This document shows positions 46,757 through 57,491 of a stretch of 64,000 nucleotides of DNA, piece by piece. Source of the stretch: an uncultured Candidatus Saccharibacteria bacterium (GTDB lineage Bacteria; Patescibacteriota; Minisyncoccia; Phycocordibacterales; SBAW01); assembly GCA_964615415.1 (NCBI GenBank), contig CAZTNI010000001.1, positions 112,746 to 176,745 on the forward strand. Direction: 5' to 3'. The translations under genes were made by a program, and so were the position numbers. Below the pieces are notes generated by a model, which was given only the letters and a program-made list of their open reading frames with translations, was not told the DNA's origin and made no database searches. Every line of letters starts with the position of its first letter. Position 1 is the stretch's first letter.

Positions 46757-47194
46757 ATGTCTCTTGATCAGCTTGCAGAAATGCTTGCTGAGCGGCAGCA
46801 AGTGTTTGTTAAAGAGCCTGACGGATCTTTAACGCTCTCAGTCAAAGCCGGCAACTTTTGCTACGAGGTGACTGTCTCCCAGACAGACTTGCTCTGGGCA
46901 CGAGCGTTAATAATGATTCCTATGCAAGTCGTAGAGATCGCCGATTTTCAAGGTCTTGATGACTTGGTGGGGCATTGGTCACGGGGACGGCTGCAGCTTG
47001 CAGTCGCGAGAGAGGGCAAGGAACAGCAGTTGTGGCTCTATGGGTCACTTTTGGTAACTGCGCTTGAGCCAGAGCTCGACTACGTGATCGAAACGTCGCG
47101 CACCCTCGCCCCTTTTTTGTTAAAGGTGGGCGAAGATGGTGAATGGAAGAGAGTCGCCAACCTGGCTTTTACTCCCTCGAAGGGGTTAGCCTGA
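46757..47194 (+). CDS. Hypothetical protein (possibly YbjN/T3SS-chaperone-like fold)
   Basis: AAGGAG SD, 145 aa acidic; fold assignment is a guess. Confidence 0.65.
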   Translation: MSLDQLAEMLAERQQVFVKEPDGSLTLSVKAGNFCYEVTVSQTDLLWARALIMIPMQVVEIADFQGLDDLVGHWSRGRLQLAVAREGKEQQLWLYGSLLVTALEPELDYVIETSRTLAPFLLKVGEDGEWKRVANLAFTPSKGLA

Positions 47195-47332
47195 CACCAC
47201 ATAACAACCGCCGGCACTTTATGAAGTGCCGGCGGTTGACTCTTTTAAAGGGTTTGTTAGTATGGCCATAACGCATACGTGCGTGGCTTTTTATTATCGT
47301 TTGTTCATTAATCGTTAGATTAGGTATTAAGT

Positions 47333-48529
47333 ATGGCAGACAATTTTGACCGACAGAAGCCGCACCTCAACATTGGCACCATTGGCCACGTTGACCACGG
47401 CAAGACGACATTGACCGCGTCTATTCTCCATGTCCTCGACATGGCGAAGGGCGAGGGGTATGGTGCTCGTGTAGAAGGTGTTGATGGTATCGACAACGCT
47501 CCAGAAGAGAAGGCTCGCGGTATTACTATCGCGCTCCACCACTCTGAGTACTGGACGCCAACTCGTCACTACGCTCACATCGACGCTCCGGGCCACGCAG
47601 ACTACATTAAGAACATGATCACCGGTGCCGCACAGATGGACGGCGCAATCCTCGTGGTTGCTGCTACCGACGGTGCCATGCCACAGACTCGTGAACACAT
47701 CCTCCTTGCTCGCCAAGTTGGTGTGCCGAAGATCGTTGTCTTCCTTAACAAGGCAGACATGGTTGATGACCAGGACATGCTCGACCTCGTTGAGGCCGAA
47801 GTAAAGGACCTCCTTGCAAAACAGGGCTACGGTGACTCTCCAGTAGTAAAGGGTTCAGGCCTTAAGGCTCTTGAGTCTAAGGATCTTAATGACCCATGGG
47901 CACAGAAAGTACTTGAGCTTATTAAGACGGTAGATAGCTACATCCCGCTTCCGCAGCGCGAAACTGACAAGCCGTTCCTCATGCCGATCGAAGACATCTT
48001 CTCAATTGAAGGTCGCGGTACGGTAGTTACGGGCCGCATTGACCGCGGTATCGTGAAGGTAGGTGAGGACGTTGAGATCGTTGGTCTTACTCCAACCCAA
48101 AAGACGACTATTACTGGTATCGAAATGTTCAACAAGCAGCTCGACCAGGGTCAGGCAGGCGACAACGCAGGTATTCTCCTCCGCGGTACTAAGAAGGAAG
48201 ACATTCATCGCGGTCAGGTGCTTGCTAAGGCAGGTTCTATCACTCCTCACACAGACTTCGAGGCAGAAGTATACGTCCTTAACAAGGAAGAAGGAGGCCG
48301 CCACACGCCATTCTTCTCTGGCTACAAGCCACAGTTCTACATCGGTACAACCGACGTAACTGGCGAGGTTACCCTCCCAGCAGGAACTGAAATGGTTATG
48401 CCAGGTGACACCATTACCTTTAAGGTAAAGTTGGTAGCACCAGTCGCACTTGAAGAGAAGCGCCGCTTCGCAGTTCGCGAAGGAGGCAAGACCGTAGGTG
48501 CAGGTGTTGTAACTAAGATCAACGCGTAA
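47333..48529 (+). CDS. tuf: Elongation factor Tu
   Basis: [22 protein letters not shown]. Confidence 0.99.
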   Translation: MADNFDRQKPHLNIGTIGHVDHGKTTLTASILHVLDMAKGEGYGARVEGVDGIDNAPEEKARGITIALHHSEYWTPTRHYAHIDAPGHADYIKNMITGAAQMDGAILVVAATDGAMPQTREHILLARQVGVPKIVVFLNKADMVDDQDMLDLVEAEVKDLLAKQGYGDSPVVKGSGLKALESKDLNDPWAQKVLELIKTVDSYIPLPQRETDKPFLMPIEDIFSIEGRGTVVTGRIDRGIVKVGEDVEIVGLTPTQKTTITGIEMFNKQLDQGQAGDNAGILLRGTKKEDIHRGQVLAKAGSITPHTDFEAEVYVLNKEEGGRHTPFFSGYKPQFYIGTTDVTGEVTLPAGTEMVMPGDTITFKVKLVAPVALEEKRRFAVREGGKTVGAGVVTKINA

Positions 48530-48628
48530 TAAGTATTTAAGAGTTAGCTAATTTGGGTGTAGGTTACTTTACCAGAATCCTTCGATGGGACTCAGGATAA
48601 AGAGAACTAGACCCCTCAACAAAAGAGT

Positions 48629-48994
48629 ATGGCAACCGAAGAAAAGAAAGTAGCAAAGCCTCGCGCTAAAAAGGCGACCGCAGAGCCAGAGCAGCGCTTG
48701 CGCATCAAGGTGCGTGCATACGAGCACAAGGTGCTTGATGCATCAGTAAAGCAAATTATGGAGACTGCTATTCGCTACGATGCGAAGATCGCAGGTCCTA
48801 TCCCGCTTCCAACTGAGATCAAGAAATACACCGTTAACCGCTCGACCTTCGTGTATAAAAATGCACGCGAGCAGTTTGAGATGCGAGTCCACAAGCGCAT
48901 CATCGACATCCTTAACCCAACGGCAAAGGTGATCGAGGCTCTCACGAACCTCTCGCTTCCTTCCGGAGTAACAATCGATGTAAAGATGGCCTAA
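48629..48994 (+). CDS. rpsJ: 30S ribosomal protein S10
   Basis: GPIPLPT, REQFEMRVHKR. Confidence 0.98.
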   Translation: MATEEKKVAKPRAKKATAEPEQRLRIKVRAYEHKVLDASVKQIMETAIRYDAKIAGPIPLPTEIKKYTVNRSTFVYKNAREQFEMRVHKRIIDILNPTAKVIEALTNLSLPSGVTIDVKMA

Positions 48995-49071
48995 GGGCCT
49001 CGGAAAAAGCCCCTCCTTGCGAGGGGCTTTTTCTTTGGTAATGTAGGCGGCGGAAACAACAGGAGAGACTG

Positions 49072-49275
49072 ATGGCTAAGGACTCGAAGGTGATTGAGGA
49101 GCTGCAAGAAGCGCGGAGGCGTATGCTGAAGCGAGCAGCAGGAATTGGTGAGCCTGCAATTGCAATACCTGCCCACATGCTCGGCATTATTGGGCTCGAG
49201 GAAGGGCGCCCTCAGGTGCTCATTCAGGTAGACAAACTAATCTCTTTGGTTAAAGAGGTGATAGCAACAAAATAA
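49072..49275 (+). CDS. Small hypothetical protein
   Basis: AGGAG SD; flanked by duplicated terminator tail. Confidence 0.65.
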   Translation: MAKDSKVIEELQEARRRMLKRAAGIGEPAIAIPAHMLGIIGLEEGRPQVLIQVDKLISLVKEVIATK

Positions 49276-49591
49276 TGTCAGGCCTCTCGCAAGAGGGGCT
49301 TTTTCTTTGGATAACTTTGTTTGACTAATTCTGTGCATTTCATATACTTAAAAAAAGGTGCTCATTGTTTTGTTCCTGTTCACGAATAGGTACATGATTT
49401 CGGTCCGATGACTTAAGAATCGGATTTTTTATTTGGCACACAGTCAGGGTATTGATGCAGGCCGAGTAAAGAAATTGACGAAAAAATCCCCAGCGCTGGG
49501 GATTTTTTCGTATCGCAGGAGTTATTGACAAATATGTGTATGTACGGTTATGTAGTGACGGACAATTCAGTCCATAGGAGGACTAGCATAC

Positions 49592-50227
49592 ATGCATAAT
49601 GCACAAGCAGCTGCGGAAATGCCGGAAAGCGATCGGCAGAGCTCTGAGGCTCATCCTCGGCAGAAGACGCTGCACGTCGTGCCCCTGATCGAACAGATCA
49701 TGGCCGGTGTCGCTGCGATCCAGGTTGGCGACTATGAACTGCCAGCCGCGGAACTGCAAGAGAGTGACGAGATTGTCGGTCAGGCCGACGAGTATCTTAT
49801 GCGACTCTTCACGTATCGTTCGCGGAAGCTCGGCGAACGTCAGAAGCTTGCTACGGAGGGGCAAACGATCGTTGATGAGCTTGATGGAGCCATCTTTGGT
49901 AGCCGAGAGGAGACCAGAGCGTCTTCAGTTTCGGCCCTTCTCAAGGGGTTGTTCGGCAAGAATTCTTCGGAAATGGAAGCCAAGGCAATCCGGCTTGAAG
50001 AGATCGAATCGGCTCTTACGACCCTTAGGTCCGAAACCGATATTCTCGAGGGTCTATTTTGGGCAGAAGTCCGCCAGCGGCATCCGTCGATCAAGGATCA
50101 TTCTGCGATCGGGATCCGTAGCGGTTGGGAGATCGTCAAGATAACAAAGGTTGATTCGACCGATCTTCTCGAAAGTATCTTCGAGAAGGTCTTCGGTAGG
50201 GCTCGGCGGGCGCATTCGTCGCCGTAG
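49592..50227 (+). CDS. Hypothetical coiled-coil protein
   Basis: AGGAGG SD, TTGACA at 49525, own terminator. Confidence 0.75.
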   Translation: MHNAQAAAEMPESDRQSSEAHPRQKTLHVVPLIEQIMAGVAAIQVGDYELPAAELQESDEIVGQADEYLMRLFTYRSRKLGERQKLATEGQTIVDELDGAIFGSREETRASSVSALLKGLFGKNSSEMEAKAIRLEEIESALTTLRSETDILEGLFWAEVRQRHPSIKDHSAIGIRSGWEIVKITKVDSTDLLESIFEKVFGRARRAHSSP

Positions 50228-50396
50228 TTCGTTCGAGTTTGGTTCACAAACCTAGTGTTTTTAGGCCCGACGTACAGTCGGGCCTTTTATTTGCATATTT
50301 AAAAGACCTGATGTATATTGCTGTGTACGTTAGAAATAACGGCGTTCCACGTCCCCCAAGAGCCCTAACCAAGGGTGGGGACCAATAGACACCACT

Positions 50397-51020
50397 ATGA
50401 AATTTATCCTCGGCACAAAGGGCCGGATGACAACTATATTTACTGAAGACGGCCGCTCATACGCAGCGACTGTTGTTACTGCTACTCCAGGCGCTATTAC
50501 CCAGATCAAGACTGCTGAAAAGGAGGGTTACAACGCTGTGCAGATTGGCGGTATTGCTACTACTGAAAAGCGCTCTAATAAGGCACAGCTCGGCCACACG
50601 AAGGGCAAGGCGTTTAAAGCTTTCCGCGAGTTCCGCGCCTTTGACGGCAAGCTCCCTGAAGGAGTTGAAGTAGGGAAGACTATCGACCTTACGCAATTTA
50701 CCGTAGGCGATATGGTAACTGTCTCGGCCGTCTCAAAGGGTAAGGGTTTTGCAGGTGTTGTGAAGCGTCATGGCTTCCATGGCGGTCCTCGCACACACGG
50801 TCAGAAGCACTCTGAGCGTGCGCCAGGTTCATTGGGTGGTGGCGGTGGTCGCGCCGGTGGTCGTGTTGCTCGTGGTAAACGCATGGCGGGCCGTCTTGGT
50901 TCTGACCAGGTTACCGTTCGCAATTTGGCAGTATTGCAGGTCCTTCCGGAAACGGGCGAACTTGTTATTGCAGGTGCGATCCCGGGCAAGCCAGGTACGC
51001 TTGTCGAAATCCGCGGCTAA
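50397..51020 (+). CDS. rplC: 50S ribosomal protein L3
   Basis: SKGKGFAGVVKRH. Confidence 0.98.
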   Translation: MKFILGTKGRMTTIFTEDGRSYAATVVTATPGAITQIKTAEKEGYNAVQIGGIATTEKRSNKAQLGHTKGKAFKAFREFRAFDGKLPEGVEVGKTIDLTQFTVGDMVTVSAVSKGKGFAGVVKRHGFHGGPRTHGQKHSERAPGSLGGGGGRAGGRVARGKRMAGRLGSDQVTVRNLAVLQVLPETGELVIAGAIPGKPGTLVEIRG

Positions 51021-51034
51021 TTTTGAATATTTTT

Positions 51035-51703
51035 ATGGACGCAACACTTTATAACATCAAGGGAGAGAAAGCAGGCAAGGTAGCAGTACCTGAAGCGCTC
51101 TTCGGCTTGCAGTGGAATGCAGACTTGGTGCACCAGGTGGTTACCTCTATGCAGGCAAATGCCCGTGGTCCTATTGCACACACGAAAGATCGTGGCGAAG
51201 TACGCGGCGGCGGTCGCAAGCCATGGCAGCAGAAGGGTACTGGTCGCGCACGCCACGGTTCGTCTCGCTCTCCAATTTGGGTAGGCGGCGGTGTTGCACA
51301 TGGTCCTCGCAATGAAAAGTCTTTTGCAAAGAAGATCAATCGCCAGATGAAGCAGAAGGCGCTCTTTGTTGCACTTTCTCGCAAGATGAAAGACGGCGAA
51401 GTTATCTTTGTTGACACTATCGAGATGGCAGCTCCAAAAACAAAGGAGGCGAAAGCAGTATTGGGTGCACTCTCACGCGAGTTCCCAGCACTCGGTACTA
51501 AGAAAACTCGCACTGCGCTTATTGCGCTTCCACAGGCGCACAAGCCAACGATGAAGAGCTTCGCAAACTTCGGCAATATTACGATCGAGGATGTTCGCAA
51601 CCTTAACCCGATGTCTGTTCTTGCAAGCAAATACCTCGTTATTGCTAATCCGACTGCCGCATTTGAGACACTCTCAAAAAAGAAGGTCGCACAAACTAAC
51701 TAA
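51035..51703 (+). CDS. rplD: 50S ribosomal protein L4
   Basis: KPWQQKGTGRARHGS. Confidence 0.98.
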   Translation: MDATLYNIKGEKAGKVAVPEALFGLQWNADLVHQVVTSMQANARGPIAHTKDRGEVRGGGRKPWQQKGTGRARHGSSRSPIWVGGGVAHGPRNEKSFAKKINRQMKQKALFVALSRKMKDGEVIFVDTIEMAAPKTKEAKAVLGALSREFPALGTKKTRTALIALPQAHKPTMKSFANFGNITIEDVRNLNPMSVLASKYLVIANPTAAFETLSKKKVAQTN

Positions 51704-51705
51704 GT

Positions 51706-51990
51706 ATGAAGACGAACTCACACATACTCCTTAGTCCGCGCGTTACTGAAAAGGGCGCATACCTTGCACAAGACAATGTGTATGTCTTTATGGTTGCCGG
51801 TGATGCAAACAAGAAGGAAATTGCAGAAGCAGTTCGTGCGACGTTTAAGGTAACGCCACGCAAGGTGACTATCGTCCCAGTGCCTCGCAAGAAGGTACAG
51901 ACTCGCGGCACTAACCGCTGGGGCAAGACTGCGACTGGCAAGAAGGCCTATGTCTACCTTAAAAAGGGTGAGACTATCGAGCTCGTATAA
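51706..51990 (+). CDS. rplW: 50S ribosomal protein L23
   Basis: PRVTEK, KKAYVYL. Confidence 0.96.
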   Translation: MKTNSHILLSPRVTEKGAYLAQDNVYVFMVAGDANKKEIAEAVRATFKVTPRKVTIVPVPRKKVQTRGTNRWGKTATGKKAYVYLKKGETIELV

Positions 51991-52005
51991 AGATAGAGAA
52001 ATTTT

Positions 52006-52857
52006 ATGAAACATTATCGCCCATACACAAAATCACGTCGCCACATGACCACACTGCCATTCCGGCAGTTGCTCACAACGAATGAGCCGCACAAAGCGCT
52101 CATTGGTGGTGGTAAGCGCCATGTTGGCCGCAACTCTGCGGGCCGCATTACCGTGCGCCACAAGGGCGGCGGACACAAGCGCCTTATGCGCGACGTAGAC
52201 TTCTCGTACACAAAGCAGGTTCCTGCTGTGGTAGAGACTATCGAATACGATCCAAACCGCTCGGGCTTCATCGGTGTGCTTCTTTACAAAGATGGTGAAC
52301 GCCGCTACGCACTTCTTCCGCAGTCTGTAAAAGTTGGCAGCACTATTGATGCTGGTGAGAAGGTAGAAGCACGTCCAGGTAACCGCATGGCACTTAAAAA
52401 CATGCCGATCGGCGCCTTTGTATACAACGTAGAAGTAAAGCCAGGTCAGGGTGGTAAACTCGGCCGTGCAGCAGGTACGCATATTGAAGTTGTTGCCCGC
52501 GACCAGGGGTATGTAGACCTTAAGATGCCGTCATCGGAAGTCCGCAAGGTGCTTGAAACTTGCTGGGCAACGATGGGCGAAGTGTCTAACCCAGAAAGCA
52601 AACTCGTAAACTTTGGTAAGGCAGGTCGCTCACGCTGGAAGGGTATCCGCCCAACAGTCCGCGGTACTGCTATGAACCCAGTAGACCACCCACACGGCGG
52701 CGGTGAAGGTCGCCAGGGTCGCGGTTTGCGCCGTGCAAAGAGTATGTGGGGTAAGCCAACCGGCAAGGGTCAGAAATCTCGCACTCCAAAGAAATACTCG
52801 AACTATCTCATTGTGTCTCGCCGCAAGGTAGGCAAGCGCAACTCTACTCAGGGCTAA
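52006..52857 (+). CDS. rplB: 50S ribosomal protein L2
   Basis: EYDPNRS, MNPVDHPHGGGEG. Confidence 0.99.
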   Translation: MKHYRPYTKSRRHMTTLPFRQLLTTNEPHKALIGGGKRHVGRNSAGRITVRHKGGGHKRLMRDVDFSYTKQVPAVVETIEYDPNRSGFIGVLLYKDGERRYALLPQSVKVGSTIDAGEKVEARPGNRMALKNMPIGAFVYNVEVKPGQGGKLGRAAGTHIEVVARDQGYVDLKMPSSEVRKVLETCWATMGEVSNPESKLVNFGKAGRSRWKGIRPTVRGTAMNPVDHPHGGGEGRQGRGLRRAKSMWGKPTGKGQKSRTPKKYSNYLIVSRRKVGKRNSTQG

Positions 52858-52902
52858 TAAAATTAGACAAAAGAAATCCCCGCCGTATGGCGGGGATTTT
52901 AG

Positions 52903-53379
52903 TTATGCAACGTAGCGCTGGGAAGAGCTTCCCATACGCGGATGCCATTCCAGTTCGCTCAACACCTGTGCCCATGCATGGTCGAGCAGTTGCCCATCGA
53001 TCTGCTTGTCGACGTATACATGACTAGTCGGGTCTGTGTAATACGTTTCGAGGAACCCGTGCTCTTGTGCGTGGTGGTCGCGCTTGAACTCGGTCACTTG
53101 CGTAAGGATAGAAGCCCAGGTAACTCGACCACTGATACGGGAAAGTGGACCAGTGTCGCGGTAGGCAAGCGCAAGTGGGTTTTCATCATCTCGGCAGATG
53201 CGCACATGAGAGGTAACCTTGCCGTCGTGTATGGAAATCATATTGAGTCGCCAGTGAGGTGGCGCATGCTTGTCTAGCCACACTGCGCCTCTGCGGGCCC
53301 GCTCGAGCGCTCGGTCTACGAGTTTTAGTGCGGTAATCGCTTCCTGTACATGCGGAGGATAGTCTTCAAGTTTGAACAC
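52903..53379 (-). CDS. Hypothetical protein
   Basis: AGGAG SD, 158 aa ORF ending at a terminator. Confidence 0.7.
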   Translation of the reverse strand: MFKLEDYPPHVQEAITALKLVDRALERARRGAVWLDKHAPPHWRLNMISIHDGKVTSHVRICRDDENPLALAYRDTGPLSRISGRVTWASILTQVTEFKRDHHAQEHGFLETYYTDPTSHVYVDKQIDGQLLDHAWAQVLSELEWHPRMGSSSQRYVA

Positions 53380-53479
53380 GATCTGTTCTCCTGTGGCCGG
53401 TTCTTCCGGTAGGGACTATATACCGTATAGGTAAAAAAGAAAACGCCTCGGAGAATTCCGGGGCGTTTTTGTAAATCTG

Positions 53480-53629
53480 TTACCTAGTAATCAGACTCAG
53501 ATGAAGCATTTCTCTCGCGACCTCTTCCGGGTCGTCGTCAATTGCATACGGGTAAGCCCGGTACGGTCGTTCCCTGGACTCCTGGCTAGGTTCAGGAGGA
53601 GGTTTGGCAGAAGGTTCATCTGTGGCCAT
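53480..53629 (-). CDS. Small hypothetical protein (49 aa)
   Basis: GGAG SD before MATDEPSAKPPP. Confidence 0.5.
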   Translation of the reverse strand: MATDEPSAKPPPEPSQESRERPYRAYPYAIDDDPEEVAREMLHLSLITR

Positions 53630-53682
53630 AAAGGTTCTCCGTGTCTGCTTTTTAATCCAAACTTTGTTGAGTTGGAATGCAC

Positions 53683-53988
53683 TTAATGCATCTGCTCGGG
53701 GCTGATCTGCGGCGGGGTATTTTCTCCTTGCTGAAGCTGCCCAGCATCCTTCATGGCGCTGCTCCAGTGCGGTCGGGGTAGGTGGGAAACGACAGACGCG
53801 GCCATCTGCTTGATGCTGCCCGCAGCGCGTAGAATCGGGGAAGGCTTCTTTGCCTTCTTGCCGTAATAAGCTACCTCGCACACTTCTGCACAGAAGAACA
53901 GTCCTGTGCTGCTGCGGCGAGACGTAAGGTGGCTGCAGCCCGGCGCCTTGCACGGCCCGAGCATTTTTTCGTTTTTATAGGCAGGCAC
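53683..53988 (-). CDS. Small putative zinc-finger protein
   Basis: CKAPGC...FCAEVC; AAGGAG SD. Confidence 0.65.
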   Translation of the reverse strand: MPAYKNEKMLGPCKAPGCSHLTSRRSSTGLFFCAEVCEVAYYGKKAKKPSPILRAAGSIKQMAASVVSHLPRPHWSSAMKDAGQLQQGENTPPQISPEQMH

Positions 53989-54167
53989 GAAATACTCCTT
54001 TGGTGGGATGTTTAGTTGAAACGCAAGAACAGACTAAAGCCCATCCTATGCCTCATATGTCAAATTGGCAAGAAATGGAAGGGGAAAAGAAAAGCCCCCG
54101 GATTTCGGGGGCTCTTATAACTTAGGACTTAGGCGGAATGTTGATTGCACGCCCTTCTTGTATTGAT

Positions 54168-54425
54168 TTAGCTGCTCGTCTGATCATGTCTCGACCCTCC
54201 CTGGATAGTTACGTGGTCGAGGTAGTCCATAATGTTCGAAGGGTCGGCGACCTTACGCTCCTCCGTCATCGAAATCGAGCGGGGAACAAGCTCGTAGCCC
54301 GGATTATCCCGCAGAAACTTCGCGATCTCCTTGAACGCATGCTGATCGTTTTCCATGCGGTTCAATTGCTTGAGGCGAGGTCTGCCGTTCTTCCGCTCCG
54401 TGTACCTAAATAGATACGTACGCAT
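54168..54425 (-). CDS. Small hypothetical protein
   Basis: AAGGAG SD, 85 aa. Confidence 0.65.
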   Translation of the reverse strand: MRTYLFRYTERKNGRPRLKQLNRMENDQHAFKEIAKFLRDNPGYELVPRSISMTEERKVADPSNIMDYLDHVTIQGGSRHDQTSS

Positions 54426-54572
54426 CGCCGGCTCCTTTCTAGGGTTACTTCCGAGGCTTAAAGTAGCATATATTTGACTCTTTTACCCTTATCCTGTAGT
54501 ATCTCACTACTTCCGTGCCACAAGGCCTAGACGCTCTCTGTCTACGGCGGGCATGGGTTTTTATTTAAAAAT

Positions 54573-54935
54573 ATGAGTAGATCGCTCAAAAAAGGCCCAT
54601 ACGTAGACGAGAAGCTCCTCAAGAAGATTGAGGGGAAGAAGCCCCAGACAACTGAGGTAATTAAGACGTGGGCACGCCGCTCACAGATCGCTCCAGAAAT
54701 GGTCGGCTTTAAGTTTGGTGTACACAATGGCAAGCAGCATGTAGAGGTCTTGGTAAGCGAGGACATGGTCGGGCACCGCCTGGGCGAGTTCTCTCCTACG
54801 AAGAAGTTTACCCGCCACGGCGGTAAAATGCAGAAGGAAATGGAGGCTAAGGCTAAGGAGGCCGAGATGGCTGCAGCAGCAGCTGCTAAGGCTGCGGCAG
54901 ATGCTTCTGCTAATAAGAACCCAGCTAAGAAATAA
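54573..54935 (+). CDS. rpsS: 30S ribosomal protein S19 (Ala/Lys-rich tail)
   Basis: [19 protein letters not shown]. Confidence 0.98.
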   Translation: MSRSLKKGPYVDEKLLKKIEGKKPQTTEVIKTWARRSQIAPEMVGFKFGVHNGKQHVEVLVSEDMVGHRLGEFSPTKKFTRHGGKMQKEMEAKAKEAEMAAAAAAKAAADASANKNPAKK

Positions 54936-54940
54936 TCTTT

Positions 54941-55273
54941 ATGGCAGACGCAACCGCAACACTTTCAAACTATCGTCAGGCCCCTCGAAAGGTGCGTCTT
55001 GTTGCTGACCTTATCCGTGGTAAGTCTGTGACGCGTGCGCTCATGCTCCTCCAAACGCTTCCAAAGCGTGCAGCAGAGCCGGTTGAGAAGTTGCTTCGCT
55101 CAGCAGTTGCAAACGCATCTGCAAAAGGAATCAATGCAGATGACCTCGTAGTTGCCTCGATCGAAGTGAACGGCGGTATGGTCTTTAAGCGCCACATGCC
55201 TCGCGCACGCGGTCGCGCATCCGCTATCCGCAAGAAGTCGAGCCATATTACGCTTGCTCTCAAGAAGAAATAA
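54941..55273 (+). CDS. rplV: 50S ribosomal protein L22
   Basis: PRKVRLVADLIRG, PRARGRA. Confidence 0.98.
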   Translation: MADATATLSNYRQAPRKVRLVADLIRGKSVTRALMLLQTLPKRAAEPVEKLLRSAVANASAKGINADDLVVASIEVNGGMVFKRHMPRARGRASAIRKKSSHITLALKKK

Positions 55274-55277
55274 TTTT

Positions 55278-55946
55278 ATGTCTAAAGTAGTTAACCCATT
55301 TGCACATCGTCTTGGTATCTTGCGTGACTGGCGTCATCGCTGGTTTGCTCAGGGCCCAAAGTATCAGCAATACTTGAAGAGCGACATTCTCCTTCGCGAA
55401 TTTTTGCAGCGCGAACTTCGCGGTATGTACATCGGCGCTATTGAATTTGAGCGCAATGAAAAAGCACTCCGTGTCATCATCAAGACATCTCGCCCGGGAG
55501 TTATCATCGGCCGCTCTGGCGAAGGTTCAGTAAAGCTCCGCAACAGCATCGCCTCTTTCCTTGCAAAGAAGGGTCTTCCAACTCCTGAAATCAAGCTCGA
55601 TATCGAAGAGATCCGCTCTCCAGAATCAAATGCAGCTATCGTTGCATACATGGTTGCTGAGGGTCTCGAGAAGCGCCTTCCATTCCGCCGCGTATTGAAG
55701 CAGACGATCGAAAAAGTTATGGCAAACCGCGACGTAAAGGGTGTACGCATTGCTATCGCAGGCATGTTGGGCGGCGGCTCTATGTCTCGCACTGAGGAAT
55801 TGAAGAAGGGTCAGGTGCCGCTCCAGACCTTCCGTTCAGACATCGACTTTGCTCGCGAACGCGCAAACCTCCCGCTTGGCGTTATCGGTATCAAGGTATG
55901 GATCTACCGCGGCGAAGTCTTCGAGAAAGATATTGAGAAGAAGTAA
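55278..55946 (+). CDS. rpsC: 30S ribosomal protein S3
   Basis: RPGVIIGR, VPLQTFRSDID, GIKVWI. Confidence 0.98.
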   Translation: MSKVVNPFAHRLGILRDWRHRWFAQGPKYQQYLKSDILLREFLQRELRGMYIGAIEFERNEKALRVIIKTSRPGVIIGRSGEGSVKLRNSIASFLAKKGLPTPEIKLDIEEIRSPESNAAIVAYMVAEGLEKRLPFRRVLKQTIEKVMANRDVKGVRIAIAGMLGGGSMSRTEELKKGQVPLQTFRSDIDFARERANLPLGVIGIKVWIYRGEVFEKDIEKK

Positions 55947-55955
55947 AACACGTAT

Positions 55956-56375
55956 ATGTTATTCCCTAAGAAAGTTAAATATCGCAAGTGGCATACCATG
56001 CGCCGTAACCCAAAGCGTGCACTCGTTGCATCGCGCGGTATTACTGTTGCCTTTGGTAGTCATGGTCTTAAGGCGGTAGAGCATGCACGCATCCGCTCTA
56101 ACCAGCTCGAGTCTGCTCGTAAGGTTATCGCTCGTTCGCTCGGCAAGACCGGCAAGATGTGGCTCCGCGTCTTCCCAGACAAACCATTTACCCAGAAGCC
56201 ACCGGAAGTGAAGCTTGGTAAGGGTAAGGGCGACCCGGTAGGGTACGAGGTTGAAGTGTGGCCAGGCCGCATGCTCTTCGAAGTGGATGGTGTCACCGAG
56301 GCGCTTGCTATCGAGACCCTCATTAAGGCGGGCAAGAAGCTTCCAGTTAAAACTAAGGCTGTTGCACGCCACTAA
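55956..56375 (+). CDS. rplP: 50S ribosomal protein L16
   Basis: RVFPDKP, GKGKG. Confidence 0.98.
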   Translation: MLFPKKVKYRKWHTMRRNPKRALVASRGITVAFGSHGLKAVEHARIRSNQLESARKVIARSLGKTGKMWLRVFPDKPFTQKPPEVKLGKGKGDPVGYEVEVWPGRMLFEVDGVTEALAIETLIKAGKKLPVKTKAVARH

Positions 56376-56383
56376 TTATTTGT

Positions 56384-56575
56384 ATGGCAAAGAAACACTC
56401 ACTCAAGGATCATTCAGTGGCAGACCTTACGAAGCTTGTACAAGACAAGCGTGAGGAGTTGCGCAGCTTGCGTTTTTCTGTCGCAGGTAGTAAAAATCGT
56501 AACGTAAAGCTTGGCAAGACTCTTAAGAAGGAGGTGGCACGAGCGCTTACGGAGCTTAACGCCCGCAAGGCATAA
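56384..56575 (+). CDS. rpmC: 50S ribosomal protein L29
   Basis: LRF...KKEVARALT; operon position. Confidence 0.93.
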   Translation: MAKKHSLKDHSVADLTKLVQDKREELRSLRFSVAGSKNRNVKLGKTLKKEVARALTELNARKA

Positions 56576-56582
56576 ATAGCGT

Positions 56583-56825
56583 ATGGAACAAACTGTAAAC
56601 AAAAAGACACTTCGCGGGGTAGTTACCTCGGACAAAATGCAGGACACTGCGGTTGTTACGGTGTCTCGCTATGTGAAGCACCCAAAGTACAAGAAGTACA
56701 TGAAGATCACCAAGAAGTACCATGCGCACAACCCAGGCAACCGTGCCAAGGCAGGGGAGACGGTGACGATCCGCTCATGCAACCCTATTTCAAAAACCAA
56801 GTCATTCGAAATTGTTTTCGCATAA
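56583..56825 (+). CDS. rpsQ: 30S ribosomal protein S17
   Basis: GVVTSDKM, HPKYKK, PISKTK. Confidence 0.97.
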   Translation: MEQTVNKKTLRGVVTSDKMQDTAVVTVSRYVKHPKYKKYMKITKKYHAHNPGNRAKAGETVTIRSCNPISKTKSFEIVFA

Positions 56826-56831
56826 ACCTTT

Positions 56832-57212
56832 ATGATTCAACCACGCTCAATCGTACAAATTGCAGATAACTCTGGCGCAAAAGTCGGACGCATCTTCAAA
56901 GTGCTTGGCTCGGCACACAAGCGCTACGCATCTATTGGTGAGGTGGTGGTGCTTTCTGTACAAACAGCAGAGCCTCGCAAGGCTATAAAGAAAAAGGATG
57001 TGCTTAAGGCTGTTGTGGTTCGCCAAAAGGCCGCACTCCGCCGCAAGGATGGCTCATACATCCGTTTTGATGAAAATGCAGTGGTGATTATTGAAGGTAC
57101 AGGTAAGAACGCAAAGGAACCAAAGGCGGGCCGCATCTTCGGTCCTATCCCACGCGAGCTTGCAGAGCTTGGCTACCAAACGATTATTTCTCGCGCGCCT
57201 GAAGTAGTGTAA
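56832..57212 (+). CDS. rplN: 50S ribosomal protein L14
   Basis: ADNSGAK, RFDENA, RIFGP. Confidence 0.98.
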   Translation: MIQPRSIVQIADNSGAKVGRIFKVLGSAHKRYASIGEVVVLSVQTAEPRKAIKKKDVLKAVVVRQKAALRRKDGSYIRFDENAVVIIEGTGKNAKEPKAGRIFGPIPRELAELGYQTIISRAPEVV

Positions 57213-57218
57213 ACCTCT

Positions 57219-57491
57219 ATGAATAAACTCCACGTTAAAAAAGGCGACACGGTAGTAGTTCTCGCCGGTAATGACAAAGGAAAGTCAGGCAAGGTTACGA
57301 AGACCTTCCCGAAACTCGGTCTCGTCCTTGTTGAGGGTGTTGGGATGCGTAAGAAGCATCAGAAGCCTCGCCGCGAAGGTCAGAAGGGTCAGATCATCGA
57401 TAAGCAGTTTCCAATACACGTAAGTAACGTGAAGAGTACTGCTGCAGAAAAGAAAGAGGCTAAGAAACCTCGCGCAACTAAGAAGAAGTAG
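57219..57491 (+). CDS. rplX: 50S ribosomal protein L24
   Basis: [21 protein letters not shown]. Confidence 0.97.
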   Translation: MNKLHVKKGDTVVVLAGNDKGKSGKVTKTFPKLGLVLVEGVGMRKKHQKPRREGQKGQIIDKQFPIHVSNVKSTAAEKKEAKKPRATKKK

